This document shows, piece by piece, positions 15,262 to 25,308 of a stretch of DNA of 64,000 nucleotides. The translations under genes were made by a program, and so were the position numbers. Source of the DNA: an uncultured Sphingopyxis sp. (GTDB lineage Bacteria > Pseudomonadota > Alphaproteobacteria > Sphingomonadales > Sphingomonadaceae); the NCBI GenBank assembly GCA_964502035.1, contig CAZCUW010000004.1:21171-85170 (forward strand), in the 5' to 3' direction. How positions within the stretch are numbered: the first letter of the stretch is position 1; every line of letters begins with the position of its first letter. The notes beneath the pieces are model-generated. The model saw only the letters and a program-made list of their open reading frames with translations, was not told the DNA's origin and ran no database searches.

Positions 15262-17335
15262 AGCTTTCTCCTTTTTCGGTATTGTTCAGACGGTCTATCA
15301 GAAACATGATGGCTGGATCCTGACCGAATTCGCGCGCCAGTGCTGTGGCGCCCGTCACATAGGTGCCGGTATCGCCCGCGGCGTGCGCCGCGACAAGCGC
15401 CGCGATGCGGGCGCGCCGTTCTGGGTCAAGGTCGGGGCGCGGCGTAAACACGTCGACCGGCTGAGCGCGGCCACGCAATGTCACGCGCCCCATCGGCATC
15501 AGGTCGTCGCGGCCCGATCGCGCCGCGGCCTCGGCCGAGATCAGCACGCCGGTTTTCAGGCTCTTGTTCGCCGCTTCGAGCCGCGAGGCGGTGTTCATGC
15601 TGTCGCCCAGCGCGGTATATTGGATGCGGCCTTCGCCGCCGAAATTGCCGACGATCGCGTCACCGACGTGCAGCCCGACGCGGGTCATGCCGAGCGGCGG
15701 GACGCCGTCGGCCAGGTCGACGCGGAATTTCTCGCCCGCCTCATACATCGCGAGCGCCGCCGCGGCGGCGCGCGGGCCATCGTCGGGGCGGTGGAGCGGT
15801 GCGCCCCAAAAGGCGACGATGGCATCGCCGACAAATTTGTCGATCGTCCCGCCATGGTCGAGCACGATGTCGGACAAGCGATCGAGATAGGCGTTGAGCA
15901 GACGCGCGACGGTTTCCGGGGTCACCGCATGACTGAGCTTGGTAAAGCCTTCGAGGTCGGTGAAGACGCAGAAGATGTTCCGCCGTTCGCCGTGCAGCGA
16001 CAGCTGGTCGGGATCGCGCATGATCTGCGCCGCGACGTCGGCGGGCAGATATTTGCCGAGCGCCGATTGGGCAAAGGCGCGCTGGCGCGACCCGATGGTG
16101 CGCGCCGCGGTGCCGACCGCCGCATAACCAAACAACCAGCCGATCGCCCAGCCAAAGGTGGGCAGGGTGGTGGTGTCGACGCCGCGGCCTTGCAACCAGA
16201 AAGGGAAGGCGATGAAAAACGCCATCTGCCCCAGGAACGCAAGCGCCACCCATCGGGCGCGCAAGTCGATCAGGCTGGTCAGCCCGCCCGCGAGCACGAT
16301 CAGGACGGCGAGTATCCACAGCACCGGCGCCGACAGCGGGCGCGACCAGCCATTGTCGAGCTGTTGCGCCAGCATATGGGCGTGAACCTCCAGCCCGATC
16401 ATCGTTTCATGCTGGCCGGTGATCGGATCGGTAAAGCGGCTCAATGGTGTGTTGAACTGGTCGTTGTCGATGATGTCGCCGCCGATCAGGACGTAGCGAT
16501 CCTTCACCAGCTCCGAAAAGCCTGCGCGCATATCGGCGTCCATCGGCATGGCAAAGGTGTCGATCGGGATGTTGGCAAAGACCGGTTCTTCCTGTCCCGC
16601 GGCGGCGCGCGCGGGCACGAGGAAGCGGATATTGCCCTGGAAATTGGCGTGCGCCGGGTCGACTGGCGCCATGGCGTTGGACATCAACGGCGGCAAATTT
16701 TTTGGCCGGTCGGGCCAGTTGCGGATCACGCTGTCGTCGTCGGTGCGGAACAGCACACTGGTGGGTTTCGTCTTGTCGGTCGCGACCGCGGCGATGAAGG
16801 CTTCGAGAAATTTCTGCTGTTCGTAAAAGATCGTGTTCGGATTGCTCGCCTGCTCGGCATAGGCGAGCCAGGTCGGCGTCCTCATCGCACGCAGCTGGGT
16901 TTTCAGCACCTCGTCGTCGGGGCGCGGCGAATCAAAGGCAATATCGATGCCGATCGCCTTCGCCCCCATCTGGTCGATATTGCCGAGCGCATTGGCGAGC
17001 AGGGTGCGGTCGAGCGGCGAGCGGATGCGGGTGTTGAACAAGGTTTCGTCATTATAGGTGACCAGGACGATGCGTTTATCCTGTTCGACATGCGGCGCCA
17101 TGAGCGTCGCGCGGGCATCGTACAGCGCGCGCTCGGCGGCATCGATCAGCGGCATCTGCCAGCTGAAGCGCGCGATCAGGACCGCGACGATCAGGAACAG
17201 AATCGTTGCCGCCATCCGCGACGGGCCAAGCTGCATGACCAGCCGGCGTACCTGCTTGCGCAGCGGCACCGCGGGCCGCTGACCGTCCGGCGCGGAGGTT
17301 CCGACCGCGGGCGTGCTGGTGTCGGGGGCGGTCAT
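15248..17335 (-). CDS. CHASE2 sensor domain-containing class III adenylate/guanylate cyclase
   Basis: It has an N-terminal TM helix and a CHASE2-like periplasmic region (RIVLVTYNDETL..SPLDRTLLANALGNIDQMGAKAIGIDIAFDSP). Three TM helices follow. The cyclase catalytic domain carries FTDLEGFT, KFVGDAI and LGDSMNTASRLE. The start is MTAPD (ATG at 17335), with an alternative upstream start at 17398. Confidence 0.85.
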   Translation of the reverse strand: MTAPDTSTPAVGTSAPDGQRPAVPLRKQVRRLVMQLGPSRMAATILFLIVAVLIARFSWQMPLIDAAERALYDARATLMAPHVEQDKRIVLVTYNDETLFNTRIRSPLDRTLLANALGNIDQMGAKAIGIDIAFDSPRPDDEVLKTQLRAMRTPTWLAYAEQASNPNTIFYEQQKFLEAFIAAVATDKTKPTSVLFRTDDDSVIRNWPDRPKNLPPLMSNAMAPVDPAHANFQGNIRFLVPARAAAGQEEPVFANIPIDTFAMPMDADMRAGFSELVKDRYVLIGGDIIDNDQFNTPLSRFTDPITGQHETMIGLEVHAHMLAQQLDNGWSRPLSAPVLWILAVLIVLAGGLTSLIDLRARWVALAFLGQMAFFIAFPFWLQGRGVDTTTLPTFGWAIGWLFGYAAVGTAARTIGSRQRAFAQSALGKYLPADVAAQIMRDPDQLSLHGERRNIFCVFTDLEGFTKLSHAVTPETVARLLNAYLDRLSDIVLDHGGTIDKFVGDAIVAFWGAPLHRPDDGPRAAAAALAMYEAGEKFRVDLADGVPPLGMTRVGLHVGDAIVGNFGGEGRIQYTALGDSMNTASRLEAANKSLKTGVLISAEAAARSGRDDLMPMGRVTLRGRAQPVDVFTPRPDLDPERRARIAALVAAHAAGDTGTYVTGATALAREFGQDPAIMFLIDRLNNTEKGESYVLS

Positions 17336-17339
17336 CGGA

Positions 17340-20300
17340 TCAGCGGGCAGCGCGGCCGGCACCTTCCGGGGCGGGTGTGGTCGGCGCGAGTGCAGCATCG
17401 GCGGTGGCCGCGCCGCTGTGCAGCAGCGGCTGGCCGCCGTCGCCGATGATCGCGAACCCGGCCCAATAATAGGGGTGCGACGTTTGCTGGTCGTCCATCA
17501 GCCGCATTTGCGTTCCCCACATTGCATCGGCGACGCTGGTGCCCTGACCGGCGGCGAACAGTCCACCGATCAGCCGCTTGGTCGCATCGAAATCGTCGGG
17601 GGCGGGCCAGTGGCTGGCGATCACCGAGCGTCCCCCGGCGCCGATGAAGCTACGCACCAGCCCGTCGAGCGCGTTGCCGCCGCCCGACAGCCCGGCTTCG
17701 CGCGTTGCCGCGACCGACGCCGCGCCCGCGGTGTCGCACGCCGACAGGATGACCAGATCAGCGTTGATCTTGAGGTCGAAGATTTCCTGAAAGGTCAAAA
17801 GCCCGTCCGAATCGCCGCCCCCGAACGAGGTGACCAGCGCCGGCCGCGCCGGGCAGGCGGGGCGCGGCGCGGTGACGAGCCCGTGGGTCGCAAAATGAAT
17901 GATGCGATAGTCGTTGAGGTCGGTGCGGTTCTTGACCGCGCTGTCGGTGAACGCCCCGCCGGTGAGCAGCGTCGCGGCGTCGCCGCCCATCGCATTGCGC
18001 GCGGTAACCAGCTCGTCGGCGGAAATCGGCCGCGCCCATTGCGACACGTCCCACTGGCAGTCGCCGTCAACGCTGGCGCCCGCTGCGCCGCGGGTGCCGA
18101 GCGAAGGCAACGTCGTGCCATTGATCGGCAGGTTTTGGCCCAGCCCGAAATATTGATTGGCGGCTTTTGACGGCGGCGCCTGCCGCGCGTTGCGGAAGGC
18201 GAGGGTCGATACCGCGGTGCTGGGCCGCGTCGTGCGCCCGAGCCAGGCGACCTGGCGCATGTCGAACGGATCGGCGTCGGGATCGAGCAGCCGCTGTTCA
18301 TAGGCCGCAAGGCCGGTGTCGGCGGTGACCAGCAGGTTGATCGGCAGCCGCAGCATGGCGCCGTCGGGTTCGAAAATCAGATGCGCGACCGATGGCAGCT
18401 TGGCCGCAACCGGGCCGAACAGCTGGCCATAGAGTTTGTAAGCGGTCGCGGCGTCGAAGGGGTAGGTAACGCGGCGCCCGTTTTCGACGATCGAGATCGT
18501 CGAGCGCAGCGTATCGACCGCGGTGTCGAGCGCCGCGGCGCCGATGTCCGATTTCCACAGCTGGGCGCCGCCCGGCTCGATCAGCATCGCATAGACGGCG
18601 TCGCCGACGACGAGCATCTTCAGATAGGCCTCGTCGGGGCGCAGCACTTGTTGCAGTTCGGCGAGGTCGAGCTTGCCCGGCGCGACAACGCGATATTGCG
18701 GAAACGCCGACAGCCGGGCGATCGATTCGGCCTGCTGGAACGCCAGATTGTCGAGCTGGGTTTTCAAATCGGCGCGCAGCGCGCCCACTTCGGGCGATTC
18801 CGGCAATTGCGCCAGCCGGGCATCCTCGATCCGCGCGCGTTCGATGTCGCGGTTAAGCGTCGTTGCCTGACGAAACAGTCGCGCGCCGTCGTCGCTGCCG
18901 CTCGACAATTCGCGCGCCAGCACCGCCTGGGTGTCGGCGACGCCGGGGCGGACCTGCAACTGGCTGGCGACAAAGAAGTCGCCGACCGCGGCCGGATCGG
19001 TCGCGGCGCGGCTGGCGAGCAGCCGGTAATAGGGCGCCATCATGTTGGCCATGCCGGTCGTCGAGCGCTGCGAATTGGCCAGCGCGGCGACGACCTCGCG
19101 ATAGATGGCCAGCGCTTTGTCGTCCTGGCCATGGCGGGTCAGGAAGGCGGCGTAGCGTGCGCGCGCCGAGGCGAGCGCGTTGGTTTCGGGATATTCGATC
19201 GCGAGCGCGTTCACCGAGTCCAGAAAACGCGCATCGGCGGCGGCGCTGTCGCCCAGCGCCTCTTCGGCAAGGGCGAGTTCGCCCAGCATCTGCGAGCGCA
19301 GCCGCACGATCGAGGTGACACGGCCTTCGCGCACCGCGACCGCATCGGCCAGGCCTTTGAGCTGTGCCGCCTTGGCCGTGGCGCCATTGCCGCGCAGCCG
19401 TTCGACGGTGCCGAGCAGGTGGACCGCCTGGGCATCGATGATCTGGCCGCGTTCGATCGGGGTCAGCCGTTCACGGTCCGACCCTTGCTGGACGGCGCGG
19501 GCGTTGCTGCCGCTGTTCACCCCGGCGACGATCGTCGGGGTCAAGGTGACGCTGGCCCCGTCGACGGTGACCGCGCTGGTCAACGGCGGGATCGCCCGCT
19601 GCAACAGTTCGGCGGCGGCGTCGTAATCGCGCTGGTTCAGCGCATGGATGGCGCGGAAGTTGCGGCGCAGGCGCAGTTGGACGGGGTCGCTGGTCGGCAC
19701 TGCCTCGGCCTCGGCAAACAGCCGTTCGGCCTCACCGAACTCGCCGAGGTTCGAGCGTTGCAGCGCGCGGTTCAGGGTGAATTCGGTCGGATCGATGTCG
19801 GCCGCCGCTTGGTCGCCCTGGGTGCGCCGTGACAGGGTTTCGAAAAACTCGGCCGCCTCGGCATAATCGCCGCTGTGGTTGCGCCGATATCCCTCGGCCA
19901 GCGCCTTGTCGACGTCGATCGCCCCGGCGAGCGTCCGGGCGAAGCCGTCGTTGCCGCCGACCGACGTCGTGGCGACCTTGATCACCCCGGGAACCACCTT
20001 GCGCTGACGGATCGAATCGAGCGCGAGGTTGAGCGCGTCGCCATAGGCGGCGAAACCTTCCACGACATAAGCGGTATCGCCGTCACTCTCGATCCGCGTC
20101 TGCCAGACGACGCTGCTGTCCTTGACCGTGCAAGTGCCGTCGGCGGTGCAGGTGACGGTTCCGGCGCGGCCGCGTTCGATCCGAGCCTTCGCGGCGTCGG
20201 GGCCGGCGCGGAGCATGCGGACGTAGCCGACGGGCTGGCTGGTATCGCGGCACAGGATCACCCAGGCGCGGTCGAACATCCCGTCGATGACAGCGTCGCG

Positions 20301-20462
20301 CACCGTCGCCTGCACCGCGCAGAGCGAGCCTCCCTGATCGCCGATCGAAAAGCTGTCACGAAGCGTGGGGTCGGTGCCCTGCGCCTGCGCCTGCGCCGCT
20401 CCGGGCGCTGCACAGGCGAGCGCCGCCAGAATCGGCAGGCAAAACGGACGTCGAACGGTCAT
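17340..20462 (-). CDS. secreted TPR-like repeat / CHAT (caspase-fold) domain protein
   Basis: It has a signal peptide (MTVRRPFCLPILAALACAAPGAAQAQAQ). The middle is long and helical-repeat-like. The C-terminal CHAT domain has the His motif IIHFATHG (His codon 17883-17885) and the Cys motif LVILSACDT (Cys codon 17736-17738). Confidence 0.8.
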   Translation of the reverse strand: MTVRRPFCLPILAALACAAPGAAQAQAQGTDPTLRDSFSIGDQGGSLCAVQATVRDAVIDGMFDRAWVILCRDTSQPVGYVRMLRAGPDAAKARIERGRAGTVTCTADGTCTVKDSSVVWQTRIESDGDTAYVVEGFAAYGDALNLALDSIRQRKVVPGVIKVATTSVGGNDGFARTLAGAIDVDKALAEGYRRNHSGDYAEAAEFFETLSRRTQGDQAAADIDPTEFTLNRALQRSNLGEFGEAERLFAEAEAVPTSDPVQLRLRRNFRAIHALNQRDYDAAAELLQRAIPPLTSAVTVDGASVTLTPTIVAGVNSGSNARAVQQGSDRERLTPIERGQIIDAQAVHLLGTVERLRGNGATAKAAQLKGLADAVAVREGRVTSIVRLRSQMLGELALAEEALGDSAAADARFLDSVNALAIEYPETNALASARARYAAFLTRHGQDDKALAIYREVVAALANSQRSTTGMANMMAPYYRLLASRAATDPAAVGDFFVASQLQVRPGVADTQAVLARELSSGSDDGARLFRQATTLNRDIERARIEDARLAQLPESPEVGALRADLKTQLDNLAFQQAESIARLSAFPQYRVVAPGKLDLAELQQVLRPDEAYLKMLVVGDAVYAMLIEPGGAQLWKSDIGAAALDTAVDTLRSTISIVENGRRVTYPFDAATAYKLYGQLFGPVAAKLPSVAHLIFEPDGAMLRLPINLLVTADTGLAAYEQRLLDPDADPFDMRQVAWLGRTTRPSTAVSTLAFRNARQAPPSKAANQYFGLGQNLPINGTTLPSLGTRGAAGASVDGDCQWDVSQWARPISADELVTARNAMGGDAATLLTGGAFTDSAVKNRTDLNDYRIIHFATHGLVTAPRPACPARPALVTSFGGGDSDGLLTFQEIFDLKINADLVILSACDTAGAASVAATREAGLSGGGNALDGLVRSFIGAGGRSVIASHWPAPDDFDATKRLIGGLFAAGQGTSVADAMWGTQMRLMDDQQTSHPYYWAGFAIIGDGGQPLLHSGAATADAALAPTTPAPEGAGRAAR

Positions 20463-20671
20463 CACCAATCCCCCAAACACAAACCCAGAGGCGCCCCGCC
20501 GATGATATTCCGGCAAGGCCCAGTCTTCATTGCTGCGGTACGACCCATTCCCTGATCGGAACCCTAACCCCTTCGCCCGAAAAAGGGAAGTGATCAGCGG
20601 CACAGGCCGCTTGCACCCATCGGACGCGCAACCTATCTGCAAGGCGACAGTTTCAAACCCATGAGGATGAT

Positions 20672-20998
20672 ATGAGCGGATTCGACGACCGAGAACGCGC
20701 CTTCGAGGCCCAGTTCGCCCGCGATCAGGAAATGCAGTTCCGGATCACCGCGCGCCGTAACCGGCTGGTCGGCGAATGGGCCGCCGAACGCATGGGGCTG
20801 ACTCCCGAGGAAACCGACGCCTATGCCAAAGCGGTGGTGCAGGCCGATTTCGAGGAAGCGGGCGACGAGGACGTCATCCGCAAGCTCGCGGGCGACCTGA
20901 CCGCGGCGCAGGTCGAGATCAGCGACGCCGAAATCCGCGCGGCGCTGAACGACAAGTCGGTCGAGGCACGGCGCCAGTTCATCGACAGCCAGAACTGA
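20672..20998 (+). CDS. DUF1476 protein (alphaproteobacterial F1-ATPase inhibitor zeta-subunit family)
   Basis: The 108-aa protein begins MSGFDDRERAFEAQFARDQEMQFRITARRNRLVGEWAA, which is characteristic of DUF1476. Confidence 0.75.
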   Translation: MSGFDDRERAFEAQFARDQEMQFRITARRNRLVGEWAAERMGLTPEETDAYAKAVVQADFEEAGDEDVIRKLAGDLTAAQVEISDAEIRAALNDKSVEARRQFIDSQN

Positions 20999-21011
20999 CG
21001 GGGCCACTGCG

Positions 21012-21245
21012 ATGGGCATGCGCCAGGATGATTTGCGGGCGATGATCGTCGCGGCTTTTCCCGATGCCGATGTCGCGATCACCGATCTGGCCGGCGACAA
21101 TGACCATTATGCCGCGCATGTGATCAGCGAATCCTTTCGGGGGATGACGCGGGTCGCGCAGCACAAGGCGGTCTATGCCGCGCTGGGCGGGCGCATGGGC
21201 GGCGAACTTCATGCCTTGCAATTGACCACGGCCGTCCCTTCATAA
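21012..21245 (+). CDS. BolA family protein
   Basis: The 77-aa protein carries [28 protein letters not shown], the BolA signature region. It lies upstream of a monothiol glutaredoxin, which is the usual pairing. Confidence 0.8.
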   Translation: MGMRQDDLRAMIVAAFPDADVAITDLAGDNDHYAAHVISESFRGMTRVAQHKAVYAALGGRMGGELHALQLTTAVPS

Positions 21246-21270
21246 GGGGGATCACCCAATTCATGGCGCA

Positions 21271-21621
21271 ATGGCGCCGCCGGAGACGACTATGACCGAA
21301 CCCACGCATGACCGCATCGCCAAGCTGGTCGCCGACAACCCCGTGCTGCTGTTCATGAAGGGCACGCCGCTGTTCCCGCAATGCGGCTTTTCGTCGCGCG
21401 CGATCGCGATGCTCGATCGCCTCGGGGTCGAATATGACACCGTCGACGTCCTGCAGGATATGGAAGTCCGCCAGGGCATCAAGGAATTTTCCGACTGGCC
21501 GACGATCCCCCAGCTGTATGTGAAGGGCGAATTCGTCGGCGGCAGCGACATCATGATGGAAATGTGGGAAGCGGGTGAGCTCCACACGTTGATGGCCGGG
21601 ATTCCAGCGCGGGCCGAGTAA
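21271..21621 (+). CDS. grxD: Grx4-family monothiol glutaredoxin
   Basis: It has the CGFS active site ([15 protein letters not shown]) and [19 protein letters not shown]. An alternative start is possible at MTEPT (21292). Confidence 0.9.
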   Translation: MAPPETTMTEPTHDRIAKLVADNPVLLFMKGTPLFPQCGFSSRAIAMLDRLGVEYDTVDVLQDMEVRQGIKEFSDWPTIPQLYVKGEFVGGSDIMMEMWEAGELHTLMAGIPARAE

Positions 21622-21660
21622 GTCCTTGGACGAATGATCGCTTGTGATGAATATTTAAAG

Positions 21661-21687
21661 AGGGCGGCTTAGTGCCGCCCTTTTTTG
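21661..21687 (+). terminator. rho-independent terminator after grxD
   Basis: The hairpin AGGGCGGC-ttag-TGCCGCCC is followed by TTTTTTG. Confidence 0.75.
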
Positions 21688-21777
21688 TCGGTGCGGACCG
21701 GCTTTTGGGGTGGCGAGCGGAGGCTATGCTCCCCAGCTTTTGACGGGGAAAGGCTGGTTTCGTTCGCAAGCCATCCT

Positions 21778-22857
21778 TTAACCTAGCCACTCGACCCACG
21801 CGCCATGGGCGTGGGCATGGCCCAGTTTCACCGGGTCGGCGCCGCCGGGCCAGTGGCGCACCACCAGTTCGTGATGATGCACGGTGCGATTGGCCTCGAG
21901 CGCGATCCATGCCAGCGGGCGTTCTGCGGCGGCGCGCGCGCCCGCGGCTTCCATCGCCGCAGTAATCCGCGCCTGCTGATCGGCGGGGACATATTGCCAC
22001 ACGATCGAGTGCATCAGGACGCGCGTCACCCCGTCGGCCTGCGGGCGCGCCAGTTCGGCTTCGACGAAATCGGCGGCGTTGGCGTGGATCAGCTGCGGCG
22101 GCCTCTCGGTCGCCGCGGCAATCGCCGCCGCCATGCGCTGGAAACGGATATGATGTTCGGGCCAGATATAGGCTTTCAGCCGCAGCGCCTGCGCGGGGTC
22201 GGTCAGGTCGACCGGTGCGACGTCGCAACCCTTCAGGCCTGCAAACTCGATAGCGTGCTGCGGCGGATGGTTGCCGCGCCAGTCGGGGGTGAAGGCCATG
22301 GCGCCGGGCTGCGGCCCGACATTGACCCCGCCAAGATCATAATGATAGCGGTCGATCATCAGGTTGATCCCGGCGCTCGACCCGATTTCGAGGCAGTCGA
22401 AGCGCGGCGGCAACCCCTTGTCGGCCAGCCATAGCATCGCCGCGATGAAATTTGACGAGCGCCCCGCCTCGTTGGTCTGCGGCGGGCCGTCCAGCCACGG
22501 CAGCAGCGCCGCCTCGTGCCGCGTCACCACCCCGGCGACGATCGCGGCGTCGTTGATGTCGTCGGCATCGGCATAGATCGGTGCCAGCTCGTGCGCGCTG
22601 CCCGCCAGATGCAGCGCGTGGATACCGCCCGCGGCGCGCAGCGGCAGCGCGTCGGCCAGCGGGGCGCCCTTCCACTCGGCGACGCGGCGGGCGAACACGC
22701 TGGCCGGCTTGTCGAGCAGCGCGGCGAGCGCGGCGACGACACGCGCGGTGACCGGCGCGCCATTGGCGCGGCAATAGAGCACCTGATTTGCGAAGGCGGT
22801 GCGGACTGCCGCGGGGCCGGTCTCGGCCATGTCAACGAAGTCGTAGCGCTCGCTCAT
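21778..22857 (-). CDS. DUF2332 domain protein
   Basis: This is a 359-aa ORF with good coding character. The N-terminal region ([43 protein letters not shown]) resembles the DUF2332 family as I remember it. Confidence 0.55.
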   Translation of the reverse strand: MSERYDFVDMAETGPAAVRTAFANQVLYCRANGAPVTARVVAALAALLDKPASVFARRVAEWKGAPLADALPLRAAGGIHALHLAGSAHELAPIYADADDINDAAIVAGVVTRHEAALLPWLDGPPQTNEAGRSSNFIAAMLWLADKGLPPRFDCLEIGSSAGINLMIDRYHYDLGGVNVGPQPGAMAFTPDWRGNHPPQHAIEFAGLKGCDVAPVDLTDPAQALRLKAYIWPEHHIRFQRMAAAIAAATERPPQLIHANAADFVEAELARPQADGVTRVLMHSIVWQYVPADQQARITAAMEAAGARAAAERPLAWIALEANRTVHHHELVVRHWPGGADPVKLGHAHAHGAWVEWLG

Positions 22858-22895
22858 TGCCCTTTTTCCCTCCGCCGCCTATGTGCGCGACGCTT

Positions 22896-23558
22896 ATGCC
22901 CGAACCGATCATCTTTGCCATCCCGAAAGGGCGCATCCTGGACGAAGCGCTGCCGCTGCTCGCGCGCGTCGGGATCGAGCCCGCGGCGGATTTCTTTGAC
23001 AAGAACAGCCGCGCGCTGGTGTTCGCGACGAACCAGCCGCATATCTCGCTGATCCGCGTGCGCGCGTTCGACGTTGCAACTTTTGTGGCGCATGGCGCGG
23101 CGCAGCTCGGCATCGTTGGGTCGGACGTGGTGGACGAGTTCGATTATAGCGAGCTGTACGCGCCGGTCGATCTGGGCATCGGTCATTGCCGCCTGTCGCT
23201 GGCTGGTCCGGCGGATGCGCTGCCGCCGGGGCTGGGTGAAAGCCACATCCGCGTCGCGACCAAATATCCCGCGACAACGCGGCGCTGGTTCGCGGCACAG
23301 GGCATCCAGGCCGAATGCATCAAGCTGAACGGTGCGATGGAGATCGCGCCGAAGCTGGGGCTCGCTTCGCATATCGTCGACCTGGTTTCGACGGGGCGGA
23401 CGCTGGTCGAGAACGCACTCGCCGAGCAGGTGATCATCAGCGACGTGTCGGCGCGGCTGATCGTCAATCGCGCCGCGTTCAAGCTGCGCTCGGCCGAGGT
23501 TCCGGCGCTGGTCGAGCGGTTCCGCATGGCGGTGGGGCAGGGTGATGCGGCCGCTTGA
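22896..23558 (+). CDS. hisG: ATP phosphoribosyltransferase (short form)
   Basis: The sequence [42 protein letters not shown] is HisG-like. The start is the ATG at 22896. The gene overlaps hisD. Confidence 0.9.
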   Translation: MPEPIIFAIPKGRILDEALPLLARVGIEPAADFFDKNSRALVFATNQPHISLIRVRAFDVATFVAHGAAQLGIVGSDVVDEFDYSELYAPVDLGIGHCRLSLAGPADALPPGLGESHIRVATKYPATTRRWFAAQGIQAECIKLNGAMEIAPKLGLASHIVDLVSTGRTLVENALAEQVIISDVSARLIVNRAAFKLRSAEVPALVERFRMAVGQGDAAA

Positions 23559-24837
23559 TGCCTCCGAACCCGGCTTTGCGGCCGCGTTCGACGCGCTGGT
23601 CAATGATCGGCGCGAAAGCGATTCGGATGTATCCGCCGATGTCGCCGCGATTATCGCGCGGGTAAAGGCCGACGGCGACGCCGCGCTGGCCGATTATACC
23701 GCCAGGTTCGACCGCTTCGACCTCGATGCGAGCGGATGGAGCATTTCAAAGGAAGACTGCGCCGCGGCGTATGAGGCGCTGGCGCCCGAACTGCGTGACG
23801 CGCTCAATCTCGCCGCCGACCGTATCCGTGCCTACCACGCCGCGCAGTTGCCCGAGGATCGCGACTATCGCGATGCGACGGGAGCGCGGTTGGGTGCGCG
23901 CTGGAACGCGGTCGATGCGGCGGGGGTCTATGTTCCCGGCGGGCGCGCCGCTTATCCCTCGTCGGTGCTGATGAACATCCTGCCCGCAAAGGTCGCGGGG
24001 GTCGAGCGCATCGTGATGATGACCCCGACGCCGGGCGGCGAAATCAACCCGGTGGTGATGGCGGCGGCGCATATCGGCGGAGTCGACGAGATCTGGCGGA
24101 TCGGCGGCGCGCAGGCGGTCGCGGCGCTCGCCTATGGCACCGACCGCATCGCCCCGGTCGATGTCGTCACCGGCCCGGGCAACGCGTGGGTCGCCGAGGC
24201 GAAGCGGCAGGTCTATGGCGTCGTTGGCATCGACATGGTCGCGGGACCGAGCGAGATCGTCGTTGTCGCCGACGCGCAGAACGAACCACATATCATCGCC
24301 GCCGACCTGCTCAGCCAGGCCGAGCATGATCCGACCAGCCAGTCGATCCTGTTCACCGATGATGCGGATTTTGCCGACGCCGTGGCAAAGGCCGTCGATG
24401 CAATCATCCCGACCCTGGGCACCGCGGCGACGATGCGCGCCAGCTGGGACACCAATGGCGCCATTGTCATCGTGCCGACGCTTGCCGACGCGATCCCGCT
24501 GTGCGACCGGCTGGCGCCCGAACATCTCGAACTCGCGGTCGATGCCGCCGAGGCCGACGCCTTGTTCGCCAAAGTGCGCCACGCCGGGTCGGTGTTTCTG
24601 GGCCGTCAGACACCCGAAGCGATCGGCGATTATGTCGCGGGTCCGAACCATGTCCTGCCCACCGGCCGCCGTGCACGTTTTTCGAGCGGGCTGTCGGTCA
24701 GCGATTTCATGAAGCGCACCAGCTTCCTCGCGCTCGACGAAGCCTCGCTGGCCGCGATCGGTCCGGCCGCGGTCGCGCTCGCCGGGGCCGAGGGGCTTCC
24801 CGCCCACGCGCTTTCGGTCCGCCAGCGTCTCAGCTAA
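23542..24837 (+). CDS. hisD: histidinol dehydrogenase
   Basis: The 431-aa protein is HisD-like throughout ([22 protein letters not shown].., [20 protein letters not shown]). Confidence 0.95.
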   Translation: MMRPLDASEPGFAAAFDALVNDRRESDSDVSADVAAIIARVKADGDAALADYTARFDRFDLDASGWSISKEDCAAAYEALAPELRDALNLAADRIRAYHAAQLPEDRDYRDATGARLGARWNAVDAAGVYVPGGRAAYPSSVLMNILPAKVAGVERIVMMTPTPGGEINPVVMAAAHIGGVDEIWRIGGAQAVAALAYGTDRIAPVDVVTGPGNAWVAEAKRQVYGVVGIDMVAGPSEIVVVADAQNEPHIIAADLLSQAEHDPTSQSILFTDDADFADAVAKAVDAIIPTLGTAATMRASWDTNGAIVIVPTLADAIPLCDRLAPEHLELAVDAAEADALFAKVRHAGSVFLGRQTPEAIGDYVAGPNHVLPTGRRARFSSGLSVSDFMKRTSFLALDEASLAAIGPAAVALAGAEGLPAHALSVRQRLS

Positions 24838-24847
24838 GAAAAGAACC

Positions 24848-25303
24848 ATGAACAAACGCTCTCAGTCTCGCTCCGCCGCCCGTCTCGCCGCCGTCCAGGC
24901 GCTTTATCAGCACGAGATGGAGGCGACCCCCGTCGCCAAGCTGATCCACGAGTTTCACCAGCACCGCATCGGCGCGACGATCGAGGACGCCGAATATGCC
25001 GGCGCCGACACCGAATTTTTCGATGATATCGTGAAAGGCACGCTGGCGCGGTCCGAAGAGATTGACGCGGCGATCATCACGCGGCTGGCGAGCGGCTGGT
25101 CGATGGAGCGGCTCGACCGCACGATGAAGGCGATCCTGCGCGCCGGCGCCTACGAATTGATGGCGCGCGGCGACGTGCCGGTCGGCGCCGTCGTCAGCGA
25201 ATATGTCGATGTCGCGAAGGCGTTCTTCGACGCGCGCGAGGCGGGGTTTGCCAATGGCCTGCTCGATGCGATCGGCAAGGATGTGCGCCGGACCAGCGCC
25301 TAA
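24848..25303 (+). CDS. nusB: transcription antitermination factor NusB
   Basis: The 151-aa protein carries RSAARLAAVQALYQHEM and a C-terminal FANGLLDAI motif. The nusB-thiL gene order is conserved. Confidence 0.9.
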   Translation: MNKRSQSRSAARLAAVQALYQHEMEATPVAKLIHEFHQHRIGATIEDAEYAGADTEFFDDIVKGTLARSEEIDAAIITRLASGWSMERLDRTMKAILRAGAYELMARGDVPVGAVVSEYVDVAKAFFDAREAGFANGLLDAIGKDVRRTSA

Positions 25304-25308
25304 GATAA

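Noticed and set aside
14873-17449. 858-aa ORF on the plus strand
   Set aside because: It is antisense to the CHASE2-cyclase gene and the 252-aa gene. The minus-strand products carry recognisable motifs (FTDLEGFT, KFVGDAI, signal peptide). The plus-strand translation is low-complexity.
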